Shown here: one piece after another, positions 41,201 through 49,840 of the stretch
Layout of the letters: the number at the start of each line of letters is the position of its first letter
Numbering within the stretch: position 1 is the stretch's first letter
Assembly (NCBI GenBank): GCA_040506705.1
Contig: JBEVWG010000066.1
Coordinates: forward strand, 2,982 to 66,981
Origin: Candidatus Thiodiazotropha sp. 6PLUC1
GTDB lineage: Bacteria; Pseudomonadota; Gammaproteobacteria; Chromatiales; Chromatiaceae
Length of the DNA: 64,000 nt
Direction: 5' to 3'
Position numbers and translations under genes: made by a program
Notes under the pieces: model-generated
Database searches by the model: none
Told to the model about the DNA's origin: nothing
Seen by the model: only the letters and a program-made list of their open reading frames with translations

Positions 41201-42154
41201 TTACCCCGCTTGAACCATCGCATTGATCACATCATTCCAGGCCAAAGCAAGATTGGTACGGTTATAGCCACCCCCACCCAATGCAATAAAACGGCCTTCA
41301 CATAGTTCGTTGGCAACTTCGCATAATCTTTTCGCAGCATAAGCATGAGCCGCTGGTGTAAAAGCCATATGGGTGATGGGATCACCCTCAATACTGTCTG
41401 CACCTGCCTGGAGGATGATCAACTCAGGTCTACCCTTACGCACAAAATCCTCAACTGCAGGCCAGACTTTGTAGAACAGGTCGTCATCGGCAAATGGTGG
41501 CATCGGGATATTGAGTTTGCTACCTTTTGCCTTGCCCTTCCCCGTCTCTTCAACTGCACCAGTGCCTGGATAAAGAAAGCGACCATCTTCATGGATATCG
41601 GCATAGATCAGATCCGGGTCTGATTCAAAGGCATAGAAGACGCCATCACCATGATGGGCGTCGATATCGACATAGGCTATTCGCTTGATTCCCTGGTTCA
41701 GTCTAAGATTCTCAATCAATACACCGGCATCATTGAAGACGCAGAATCCGGCAGCTTCGTCCCGTCTGGCATGGTGCAGACCTGCAATGGGGACAAATAC
41801 CTTGGGATGCTCACCGGATAGCATTCCTTGTATACCTTCCAACACTGAACCAACCACTGTACATGCCGCCTCGTAAACCCCTTCGAAGGCAGGTGTATCG
41901 CCCTGGTCCAGATAACCGCTGCCAGTGACTGACTGTTTTTTCACCCGGTCTATATAAGACTCGGTATGAAATGCCAGCAGCGGTCTATCACTGCACTGTT
42001 GTGGGGTAGCAATGGTTACCTCTTTATCCAGCCCCCGTTTTACTGTCTCTTTCCAAAACGCATGGATACGATCCGGGCCAAAGGGGTGCCCATCACCAAA
42101 ACCATATCGACCGAGTGAGTCGCCGAAATAGAGGGTTACCGGTTTTTCGACCAT
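41201..42154 (-). CDS. Histone deacetylase-family protein, AcuC/class I-like (HDAC copy 2)
   Basis: Signatures GLHHARRDEAAGFCVFND, DIDAHHGDG and GGGGY. I chose the ATG at 42154 (MVEKPVTLYF). The tracked ORF starts at a TTG three codons upstream. Confidence 0.9.
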   Translation of the reverse strand: MVEKPVTLYFGDSLGRYGFGDGHPFGPDRIHAFWKETVKRGLDKEVTIATPQQCSDRPLLAFHTESYIDRVKKQSVTGSGYLDQGDTPAFEGVYEAACTVVGSVLEGIQGMLSGEHPKVFVPIAGLHHARRDEAAGFCVFNDAGVLIENLRLNQGIKRIAYVDIDAHHGDGVFYAFESDPDLIYADIHEDGRFLYPGTGAVEETGKGKAKGSKLNIPMPPFADDDLFYKVWPAVEDFVRKGRPELIILQAGADSIEGDPITHMAFTPAAHAYAAKRLCEVANELCEGRFIALGGGGYNRTNLALAWNDVINAMVQAG

Positions 42155-42360
42155 GAGTTCCAATTCACACTCTTATCAGGAAAATAGTTAATGATAGTGT
42201 GGTGTAGAAACTGAGTATCAGCAAGAGTGATCGATACACAAAAAGGATGTTAGGCTTAGCCTATATCTTGCATCCAATATAAGGCCAGATTCTGAACTAA
42301 TCATATACCAGTTCACTGCTGCTCCATTAACTTTCAATCTTCTCAGAACAACTCTGAAAG

Positions 42361-42399
42361 CCCCTCTCCCTTTACGGGAGAGGGGTTGGGGAGAGGGTG
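42361..42399. repeat. GC hairpin with a tandem half-copy
   Basis: CCCCTCTCCC-tttac-GGGAGAGGGG, followed by TTGGGGAGAGGGTG. Confidence 0.6.
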
Positions 42400-42791
42400 T
42401 ACGCGAAGCGTTACATGTGGTTGAAAAATAAAACCGCACTGATCGTTCATATTTATCTTGCTGATTGTTGGGGAAAATAGGGTATTCATTCTCCCCCGGC
42501 CCCTCTCTCCACCTATTTAAGATACTGATGACTTGTAAGTTTTTTCTAGCCGTCCCCCTCTGCTTTATGATGCTTTTTCATGTCTCTATTCTCAATCAAC
42601 AATAGAAACCAACAGCAATGAATCAGTTACAACCGTAATAGTTAAAGTAATAGGACAGCTGTGATACGAGTTATGAATAATTTTGTGGTTATAAATCGCT
42701 GCTTGAAGCGGACAAAATTGAAAGGGAGATGTTATTGCTGCGTATTCAATAGCCTGATCAAGTCAGTAGAATTTCAATTGGTTCTCTCGAA

Positions 42792-42813
42792 GGTGCGGCT
42801 GGGCCGCACCCTG
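42792..42813 (-). repeat. REP family B copy with a degenerate head
   Basis: GGTGCGGCTGGGCCGCACCCTG, 34 nt downstream of the flgE stop. Confidence 0.7.
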
Positions 42814-42846
42814 AGAGTTTTAAGGCCTGCTAACACTAATCGAAGA

Positions 42847-44121
42847 CTATCTTATATTGATTACAGTCTGAGTCACAGCATCAGCGGTGGTGATGACCTG
42901 GGCATTCGCCTGAAAGTTACGTTGTGCCGTTATCAGATTAACCAATTGCTTGGCCAAATCAACGTTGGAGTTCTCCAGCGCACCTGATTGGATTAACCCG
43001 AAACTACCAGTACCAGGCTCACCAATCTGAACATCACCCGAGGCAAAGGATTCAGACCAGCTGGTATCACCAATCTGACGGAGACCCTGGTTATTGGTAA
43101 ACCGCGCCAAAGCAATCTTTCCCAGTGGTTCCGATTGGCCATTGGTAAAACGCGCAAAGACGACGCCGCTATCATCCACCTCCACACCACTCAGACGACC
43201 TGAGGTATAACCATCCTGGGATAGTTCATTCACCGAAAACCCGGAACCGAACTGGGATGTAGAACTGTAGTCAAAGGTCAGACCACTGATGTCTGCTGCA
43301 CCGCCACCTGGGTTGAAATCATCGATGGTGATATTGCCAAGCGCATCTACATCCCCTGTTGCTGTCGCCAGGGAACCGGTAGTTGTAAACTGAACATCAG
43401 CAAACGCATTACCACCAACGGTCACATTGTTACCGTCAACGAATGAGAAGGCGTTCCACTGATTATCTGCCACTTTGACATAAAACATTGTCGCTGTATG
43501 TGACGTACCAAGTGAATCATAAATTGTGGTAGCAGTAGAGTGGTTGTAACTCAATGGATCTGGTGGAAAAGTAAAACCTGCAGCAGTAGGATCCAAAACC
43601 GCAGTAGGCGGTTGTTCTGATGCACTTAAATTCAGGGTCGTTTCAATATTAGTGGTAGGTTGCGGTGTACCTGAGACCACAGGCAGATTCAAATCAACTG
43701 TTGAGCCAGTATTGTACAAGCTACCGGTTGTGCCAATGCGGGGGAAGACCTGCAATCTTGACCCAGTATGATCAACTACATTACCGTCACGATCTACCGT
43801 AAATGCACCAGCTCTCGTATAAGCTCGATCACCGGCAGAATCTTCCATTACATAGAAGCCTTCGCCGTTGATCGCCATATCCAGATTATTAGAGGTGAAC
43901 TCTGTGCTACCCTGAGAAAACTGTTGTGCAACCCGGGTAACCCGAACACCTCGACCAGGTACAGAACTGCTGACATCACTGATTGAGTTAGCATAGATAT
44001 CTGCAAACTCTGCTCGGGACTGTTTAAAGCCAACAGTACTTGCATTAGCCACATTGTGACCGGTTACTTCCAAGTCGGTGGAAGCTGCATCCAGACCACT
44101 TAGTGCAATACGAAATGCCAT
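42847..44121 (-). CDS. flgE: Flagellar hook protein FlgE
   Basis: 424 aa. N-terminus MAFRIALSGLDAASTDLEVTGHNVANASTVGFK and a conserved C-terminus. Confidence 0.95.
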   Translation of the reverse strand: MAFRIALSGLDAASTDLEVTGHNVANASTVGFKQSRAEFADIYANSISDVSSSVPGRGVRVTRVAQQFSQGSTEFTSNNLDMAINGEGFYVMEDSAGDRAYTRAGAFTVDRDGNVVDHTGSRLQVFPRIGTTGSLYNTGSTVDLNLPVVSGTPQPTTNIETTLNLSASEQPPTAVLDPTAAGFTFPPDPLSYNHSTATTIYDSLGTSHTATMFYVKVADNQWNAFSFVDGNNVTVGGNAFADVQFTTTGSLATATGDVDALGNITIDDFNPGGGAADISGLTFDYSSTSQFGSGFSVNELSQDGYTSGRLSGVEVDDSGVVFARFTNGQSEPLGKIALARFTNNQGLRQIGDTSWSESFASGDVQIGEPGTGSFGLIQSGALENSNVDLAKQLVNLITAQRNFQANAQVITTADAVTQTVINIR

Positions 44122-44179
44122 CTTATTTCTCCTGTCAAATCACTGAATGGCCATAACCCTTCAGTCTGAAACTGATTAC

Positions 44180-44860
44180 CTACTGAATCTGAACAACATC
44201 ATTCATAGAGACTTGCCCCAATCCATCCAGATTGAGTTGAATACCGCCCTGTCCACTAAGATTGACACTCTCCACATTCGCTGACACCAATACAGCAGGC
44301 GCCATCTCTGCATCATCAACACTGGCTGCTGCACTAACCTGATAGAGTCCATCACCCGCATATTCACCCGAGTCGTCATATCCGTCCCAACTGAATGCAA
44401 CCTGTCCCGACTCGTGGGTTCCCAAAGGAAGCTCTCTCACCAACTCTCCGTTACTGTTAGTGATCCTTATCCGTACATCACTTGCTGAAGAGGGAAGAAC
44501 AACACTGCCTTGCAGAGGCTCGCCTTCTGCCAGCACACCAATATCACTTTCAACCAACACATCTCTACCAACCAGTGTGGCTGCTTGCAGTGCCTGATTG
44601 GAGGTCAGCGCCCCGCGCAGTTCGTTGAATGAGCTGTTGAGATCACCGATCCCGGATACTGTGGCAAACTGAGAGACCTGGGTTGCCATCTCGGAATTTT
44701 CCATCGGCTTGAATGGATCCTGATGAGTCAACTCAGTGACCAGCAGATTCATAAAATCTTCCAGCCCCAGCTCACTCTGATTCTGCTCAGTGGTATCTGT
44801 ATTGTTAACTAGGCCAATATCTTCATATTGGTTATATGCGGACACGATGCCGGTTGTCAT
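44180..44860 (-). CDS. flgD: Flagellar hook capping/assembly protein FlgD
   Basis: FlgD motif (FMNLLVTELTHQDPFKPM). I chose the ATG at 44860, which has a GGAG Shine-Dalgarno and lies just after the flgC stop. Confidence 0.92.
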   Translation of the reverse strand: MTTGIVSAYNQYEDIGLVNNTDTTEQNQSELGLEDFMNLLVTELTHQDPFKPMENSEMATQVSQFATVSGIGDLNSSFNELRGALTSNQALQAATLVGRDVLVESDIGVLAEGEPLQGSVVLPSSASDVRIRITNSNGELVRELPLGTHESGQVAFSWDGYDDSGEYAGDGLYQVSAAASVDDAEMAPAVLVSANVESVNLSGQGGIQLNLDGLGQVSMNDVVQIQ

Positions 44861-44870
44861 AGTGGTCTCC

Positions 44871-45284
44871 TTATTGACCCATACGCAGTGTGGCAAGAAG
44901 CAACTGCTTCGCTGAATTCGCCACTTCTACATTACTCTGGTATGAACGGGAGGCTGAGAGCATATTGGCCATCTCTTCAACCATGTTGACATTGGAGCGA
45001 AAGATATAACCCTCTTCGTTAGCCATCGGATGGTCTGGCGCATGTTCCTGTATCAGTGGTGCCTGACTCTCAACCACACCTGCCATTCGCACACCATGTG
45101 AAACTGCATCGGGATTAGTCTGATCAAGCACGGTTTGAAACACAGGCTGCCTGGCCCGATAGGTCTCTTCGATGCTGCTGCTGATCGCATCGGCATTGGC
45201 CATATTGCTGGCTACCAGATTCAGACGCAGCGTCTGAGCGCTCATGCCGGAAGAGGCTGTATCAAAGATTTTAAAAATTGACAT
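44871..45284 (-). CDS. flgC: Flagellar basal-body rod protein FlgC
   Basis: 137 aa, conserved (SGMSAQTLRLNLVASNMANADA). Confidence 0.97.
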   Translation of the reverse strand: MSIFKIFDTASSGMSAQTLRLNLVASNMANADAISSSIEETYRARQPVFQTVLDQTNPDAVSHGVRMAGVVESQAPLIQEHAPDHPMANEEGYIFRSNVNMVEEMANMLSASRSYQSNVEVANSAKQLLLATLRMGQ

Positions 45285-45286
45285 CG

Positions 45287-45676
45287 TTATTCACCCGTCA
45301 ATGCTTTGCGAAGACCGCTGATCTTACTGTTAACAAAACTCAGACTGGTCTGATATTCGATTGCGTTGGCACCAAAGGCAGCATGCTCACGTTCTGTATC
45401 CACGGTATTACCATCCAATGAGGGCTGGGCTGGCACTCGATAGAGGAGTTGAGCCGGCGAAACTGCACCTGTCTCGGTCTGGATATGGCGGGTATTGGTG
45501 GTTTTCATTCGATCACCACTATCCATCTCCCGACTAAGCATTACTTTGAAATCAAAATCCCGTGCCTTGTAACCCGGTGTATCAGCATTGGCTATATTGG
45601 CCGAGAGTACTTCTGCTCTTTGGGAGCGCAGTACCAGGGCTCTTTCATGTACGCCGAAAAGGTTGTCAAAATTCAT
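45287..45676 (-). CDS. flgB: Flagellar basal-body rod protein FlgB
   Basis: I chose the ATG at 45676 (MNFDNLFGVHERAL...), which has a GGAG Shine-Dalgarno. A sigma-54 promoter candidate lies inside the longer tracked ORF, which supports the shorter start. Confidence 0.93.
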   Translation of the reverse strand: MNFDNLFGVHERALVLRSQRAEVLSANIANADTPGYKARDFDFKVMLSREMDSGDRMKTTNTRHIQTETGAVSPAQLLYRVPAQPSLDGNTVDTEREHAAFGANAIEYQTSLSFVNSKISGLRKALTGE

Positions 45677-45713
45677 CAGATGCTCCAAACCTGAGTTCTC
45701 ACACTGAGCATGA

Positions 45714-45729
45714 TGCAGGGAGTGTGCCA
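45714..45729 (-). promoter_or_regulatory. Candidate sigma-54 promoter for flgBCDE
   Basis: The minus strand reads TGGCACACTCCCTGCA (consensus TGGCACG-N4-TTGCA) with exact GG-N10-GC spacing. It lies about 38 nt upstream of the flgB ATG. Confidence 0.5.
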
Positions 45730-45959
45730 AAAGCCATAATCCCTCGGTATGACGCACCACACTAGTCGGCCGCTTACAGCCTCTGACTGCAAACGGCAAC
45801 CGGGTGCCGGATAGCGGCAAGCTTTGCCGTGGTGATTGAGATCAGGATGAGCATTGAGACTCTCTATTTACATTCCAGCTGGAAAGAGGGAACAAGCAGT
45901 GTTTGTCCTGAAAGGGGAATCAGTCGATGCTTGGAGAGATTTGGGTTACTGGTTTTTAA

Positions 45960-46793
45960 CTAGGACTTAAGCCTGTATGAGATGCCCCCATGACCTACCT
46001 TCATCTCAAACCGATTGGTTAATTGATTGATAGATTCTGTGGAGCCGAGAAAAAGATATCCCCCAGGATTGAGAATATCAGCCATGCGATTAACGATATC
46101 TTTTTTCAGTTCATTGGAAAAATAGATCAGAACATTGCGACAGAAAATCACATCGAAACGCCCCATCACCTGATAGTTGTCAGCAAGATTCATTGGCCTG
46201 AAACTGACCCGGCGTTTGATCTCCGGTTTGACCTCAATACAATCACCTTGAGGGGTGAAAAAGCGATTTTTCTGTTCGGCAGTCAAGCCGCGCTCAACAG
46301 ACAGACCACAGTAGACACCCGCTCTGGCCTCATCTAAAACTTTGCTGGAGATATCAGTGGCCTGAATTTGAACCTGTCGAGCCTGCCCCTTCATTGCCTG
46401 ATATTCATCTGCAATCATACTGATGTTATAGGGTTCCTGACCACTGGAACAGGCAGCTGACCAGATGCGTATCGCACCACCCCGTTGCTGATTCAGATCG
46501 GGAAGGATTGTCTCCTTCATCAGAATATAGTGTCCGATATCCCGAAACCAAAAGGTTTCATTGGTTGTCATGGCATCGATGACTTTAACCTTCAATCGGG
46601 AATGAATGGGAGATTTGATCTGCTTCAGCAGTTCACCGAGAGAGGCAACTCCTGCCTCCTTCATAACGCCACCCAAACGGCTCGAAACAAGGTACTCTTT
46701 GCCATTTCCCAGCAGGATTCCGCACGCCTGCTGCAGAAAATTCTTAAACGCCTCATAATCTGCCGGCGAAATAGCCGCTGTTCGGTTGTACAT
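45960..46793 (-). CDS. cheR: Chemotaxis protein methyltransferase CheR
   Basis: 277 aa with the CheR N-terminal helical domain and a SAM-methyltransferase domain (IWSAACSSGQEPYS-like IWSAACSSGQEPYN). Confidence 0.93.
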   Translation of the reverse strand: MYNRTAAISPADYEAFKNFLQQACGILLGNGKEYLVSSRLGGVMKEAGVASLGELLKQIKSPIHSRLKVKVIDAMTTNETFWFRDIGHYILMKETILPDLNQQRGGAIRIWSAACSSGQEPYNISMIADEYQAMKGQARQVQIQATDISSKVLDEARAGVYCGLSVERGLTAEQKNRFFTPQGDCIEVKPEIKRRVSFRPMNLADNYQVMGRFDVIFCRNVLIYFSNELKKDIVNRMADILNPGGYLFLGSTESINQLTNRFEMKVGHGGISYRLKS

Positions 46794-46834
46794 AGTAGTA
46801 TCTTGTTATTCAGCTGTATGAATAAGGCTAGCGT

Positions 46835-47752
46835 TTAAGAAATATCTTTCAGACGCTTAGTTACTGTTGAAACCAACTCGTCCGGCATAAACTTAGCGAG
46901 AAAATGGTTGGCTCCAACCTTTTTAACCATACTCTCATTGAATACACCACTTAATGAAGAGTGAAGAATAACATACAGGTCAGTCAGCTTCGGATTTTCT
47001 CGAATTGCGCTCACTAGGGAGTAACCATCCATCTTTGGCATCTCAATATCCGAAATCACCATCGCAAGCCAGTCACTCACCTTACCCTCTTCAGACCAGC
47101 TTTCAAGGTGCTTCAAAGCCTCTTTGCCATCCTTTGCAAGGATCGCCTCCAGCCCGATCTCTTCAAGCACCTTCTTGATCTGATTACGAGCTACCATCGA
47201 GTCATCCACAACCAAGGCTTTAAAGGCTGTAACATCCGCACCTTCTACGTCTATCGGCTTGGTGATCTCTTCATCAATCCCCAAAACTTCACTCAACACC
47301 TTTTCAACATCGATTATCTCTATCAAATCACCTTCAATTTCGGTGACTGCAGTCATATAACTGTTCCGACCCACCCCTTGTGGTGGAGGGAGTATATCCT
47401 CCCAATGGGTATTGACAATTCGCTCCACGTTACCGACAAGGAAGGCCAGCAACCGCCGGTTGTATTCGGTGATGATAATAAAATAGTCTTTGGCATTGCC
47501 CATCTTCGGTCCGCCAATGGCATGACAAAGATCCATGACCGGGATGTTGTTGCCACGTATTGAGGCGACTCCCCTTATATTCTCATGGGAACCAGGCAGT
47601 GCAGTTAGAGGTGGACACTGAACCACCTCCTTCACCTTGAAGACGTTAATGCCAAAAATCTGACGCCCTGATAGACGAAACAGCAGTAATTCGAGACGAT
47701 TCTGTCCAGCCAGCTTGGTTCTTTGGTCAACACTGTCTAACATTGACGCCAT
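46835..47752 (-). CDS. cheV: Chemotaxis coupling protein CheV (CheW-like domain plus receiver)
   Basis: N-terminal CheW-like domain and C-terminal receiver domain (LVVDDS...DIEMPKMDG). I chose the ATG at 47752, which has a GAGG Shine-Dalgarno. Confidence 0.9.
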   Translation of the reverse strand: MASMLDSVDQRTKLAGQNRLELLLFRLSGRQIFGINVFKVKEVVQCPPLTALPGSHENIRGVASIRGNNIPVMDLCHAIGGPKMGNAKDYFIIITEYNRRLLAFLVGNVERIVNTHWEDILPPPQGVGRNSYMTAVTEIEGDLIEIIDVEKVLSEVLGIDEEITKPIDVEGADVTAFKALVVDDSMVARNQIKKVLEEIGLEAILAKDGKEALKHLESWSEEGKVSDWLAMVISDIEMPKMDGYSLVSAIRENPKLTDLYVILHSSLSGVFNESMVKKVGANHFLAKFMPDELVSTVTKRLKDIS

Positions 47753-47863
47753 TCTCTGACACCTCAATCTAGTGATATATATTGAATTTCATCAATAGAT
47801 ATGGCGGCTTGCAGGCCTCGACCTTTAGGCTTAATAAATTCAACAGCCATATCCATTTATCCA

Positions 47864-47879
47864 CGGCACATTGCTTGCA
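47864..47879 (+). promoter_or_regulatory. Candidate sigma-54 promoter for flgA
   Basis: CGGCACATTGCTTGCA has exact GG-N10-GC spacing and a perfect TTGCA element. It lies 32 nt upstream of the ATG at 47911. Confidence 0.55.
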
Positions 47880-47910
47880 TAGTTTATTGGCAAATAGGTG
47901 GAGATACAGA

Positions 47911-48624
47911 ATGATCAATCCGAAAGCACTAGGACTCAGAATACTGCTGGGACTGCTCCTGGCAGGATCTGCCTCTGCCCAGCCCACGGATAATGAACAT
48001 CAGTCCCATCAATCCATTGCTGATGCAGCCAGAGACTACTTACAATCGACTCTGACCCAGGATGTAGCAGGAGCAACCATAAAAATCTCCTCCTTGGATC
48101 ATCGACTCAAATTAAAGCAATGTGAAACTCCTCTGGAGGCTTTCAGCCCCCCTGGTGGCGTCAAGCTGGGACGCACCTCTGTAGGCGTCAGATGCGCCTC
48201 CCCTGCCCCCTGGTCACTCTATATATCTGCCAATGTAGGCATTCAGGCCCCGGTCGTCTTTGCCGTCAGAGACCTGCCCAGAGGAGAGGCGATCGACAGT
48301 AAAGATCTTAAAATAAAAATATCCGATACCAGCCACCTGCTCCGCGGATATTTTGAGTCTGTTGACGAAGTGGTGGGACAGACCCTGAAGCGAACTCTGC
48401 GCAGAGGCCAGGTTGTCACCCCATCGATGCTGGTAGTAAGAAAAACCATAAAACGGGGAGACCAGGTAACCATTCTGGCAGGCTCTGGTGGTATCCAGGT
48501 GCGAATGCAAGGCAAAGCCATAAAACAAGGCAACCCTGGAGATCTGATTACGGTAGTGAACAGCAAGTCAAAGAAGAAGATTGAGGCACGAGTTGTATCA
48601 AAGGGATTGGTGATGGTCGACTGA
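47911..48624 (+). CDS. flgA: Flagellar P-ring assembly chaperone FlgA
   Basis: Signal peptide MINPKALGLRILLGLLLAGSASA, followed by SAF/FlgA domains. GGTGGAG Shine-Dalgarno. The tracked ORF's extra 43 codons would overlap the promoter region. Confidence 0.9.
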   Translation: MINPKALGLRILLGLLLAGSASAQPTDNEHQSHQSIADAARDYLQSTLTQDVAGATIKISSLDHRLKLKQCETPLEAFSPPGGVKLGRTSVGVRCASPAPWSLYISANVGIQAPVVFAVRDLPRGEAIDSKDLKIKISDTSHLLRGYFESVDEVVGQTLKRTLRRGQVVTPSMLVVRKTIKRGDQVTILAGSGGIQVRMQGKAIKQGNPGDLITVVNSKSKKKIEARVVSKGLVMVD

Positions 48625-48654
48625 AGTCTGTTACACAGAAATTCGATCTATGAT

Positions 48655-48681
48655 TTAAGTTGCATTAACATAAGACGATAT
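48655..48681 (+). promoter_or_regulatory. Candidate sigma-28 promoter for flgMN
   Basis: TTAAGTTG-N11-GACGATAT (6/8 and 6/8 matches to TAAAGTTT-N11-GCCGATAA), 33 nt upstream of flgM. Confidence 0.5.
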
Positions 48682-48713
48682 TAGCTTTGTATACATCTCA
48701 TTGAGGTAGCACG

Positions 48714-49037
48714 ATGCCCATTCAAATCAATAGTCTTTCAAGCCGGAATCTGAAAGGAACGGGCAAGAGCGGCAAAAGTGGCAAGACACAAAGCACAGGG
48801 AAGGCCGGCGGAAGCAAAGCCCCGTCAGCAGCTGCAGCAACTTCAGGCGGCGATCGCCTCGATCTAACCGGTGATGCAGGAAAACTACAGGAACTTGAGG
48901 GAAGAATCGCCAATATGCCAATTGTTGATGCGCAGAAGGTCGAAGCCGTGCAACAAGCCCTTGCGAATGGAAGTTTTACTATCGATCCTAAAACAGCAGC
49001 CGACAAAATGCTGGCTATGGAACTCTCTCTTCCTTAA
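48714..49037 (+). CDS. flgM: Anti-sigma-28 factor FlgM
   Basis: 107 aa. Disordered Gly/Ser/Lys-rich N-terminus and a conserved C-terminus (KVEAVQQALANGSFTIDPKTAADKML). Confidence 0.9.
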   Translation: MPIQINSLSSRNLKGTGKSGKSGKTQSTGKAGGSKAPSAAAATSGGDRLDLTGDAGKLQELEGRIANMPIVDAQKVEAVQQALANGSFTIDPKTAADKMLAMELSLP

Positions 49038-49042
49038 TCGAT

Positions 49043-49528
49043 ATGCAAAACAATACTCAACATCAAACTACTTTTAGCAAGCTCCTGAATAGCGAAATTG
49101 AGCAGACTCAAACTCTGCTTGAGTTACTGAAGCGGGAATTTGAACTTTTAAAAGCCCCACCTTCAATAGCACTGGAAGAGTTGACCGAACAAAAAAAGCA
49201 GTTGCTCTTAGAAGTAGAAAAGAGCGTCTCACAGCACAATCAGCTGCTGGTTTCCCAAGGATATAGTTCTGACCGAAAGGGAAATAAAGCGTTTATTCAG
49301 CAGTGCCAGAACAGTGATCAGTTGGATCAACTCTGGCGTCAATTCTCATCACTGCTGGAAGCGTGTCAGAAACAGAATGAGATCAATGGGGGGGCAGTGC
49401 AACTGAATCAACATCAGGTCGCACAAGCTCTGGATATTCTGCGAGGTTGTGCAAATAGTGACAAGACCTATGGTCCGGCTGGAGAGTCCCGCCCAACCAC
49501 CAGCTCAAAATCACTCGGAAAGGCCTAG
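49043..49528 (+). CDS. flgN: Flagellar export chaperone FlgN
   Basis: 161-aa helical protein directly after flgM, with a FlgN-like N-terminus (LLELLKREFELLK). Confidence 0.82.
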   Translation: MQNNTQHQTTFSKLLNSEIEQTQTLLELLKREFELLKAPPSIALEELTEQKKQLLLEVEKSVSQHNQLLVSQGYSSDRKGNKAFIQQCQNSDQLDQLWRQFSSLLEACQKQNEINGGAVQLNQHQVAQALDILRGCANSDKTYGPAGESRPTTSSKSLGKA

Positions 49529-49840
49529 CGGCCCACTAGCAGACTTTCGCACCCCCCGCTCGATATAAGGTGCCCTTAATCGCAGAAATCGTCTATTTTA
49601 GAAGCAAGATACCAACGAAACACTAATACTGAGATTCATCATCGACTGTTTCAGCTATTTTCTAATTAAATTTAGTCATTTGGAGGAATCCAACGTGACC
49701 TCGCACAGCCAAAAGCACTATACTTGACGTGGTAAGGGATAGAGACCGTCACATGATGTGATTTTTAGGCGCTAAGTGCCCAAATGGAATTTAGAAAGGA
49801 AGCCTACTAAAACACAGATCCTCAGCCTAAATCTGGAGAA

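Noticed and set aside
42218-42439. A 73-aa ORF containing PSPQPLSRKGRGAF.
   Set aside because: The peptide is the translation of the GC hairpin repeat CCCCTCTCCC...GGGAGAGGGG. This is a typical repeat-derived phantom ORF.
45796-45808. A sigma-54-like GGCAC...TTGC element on the minus strand further upstream of flgB.
   Set aside because: The GG-to-GC spacing is one nucleotide too short. The element at 45714-45729 has correct spacing and a better position.
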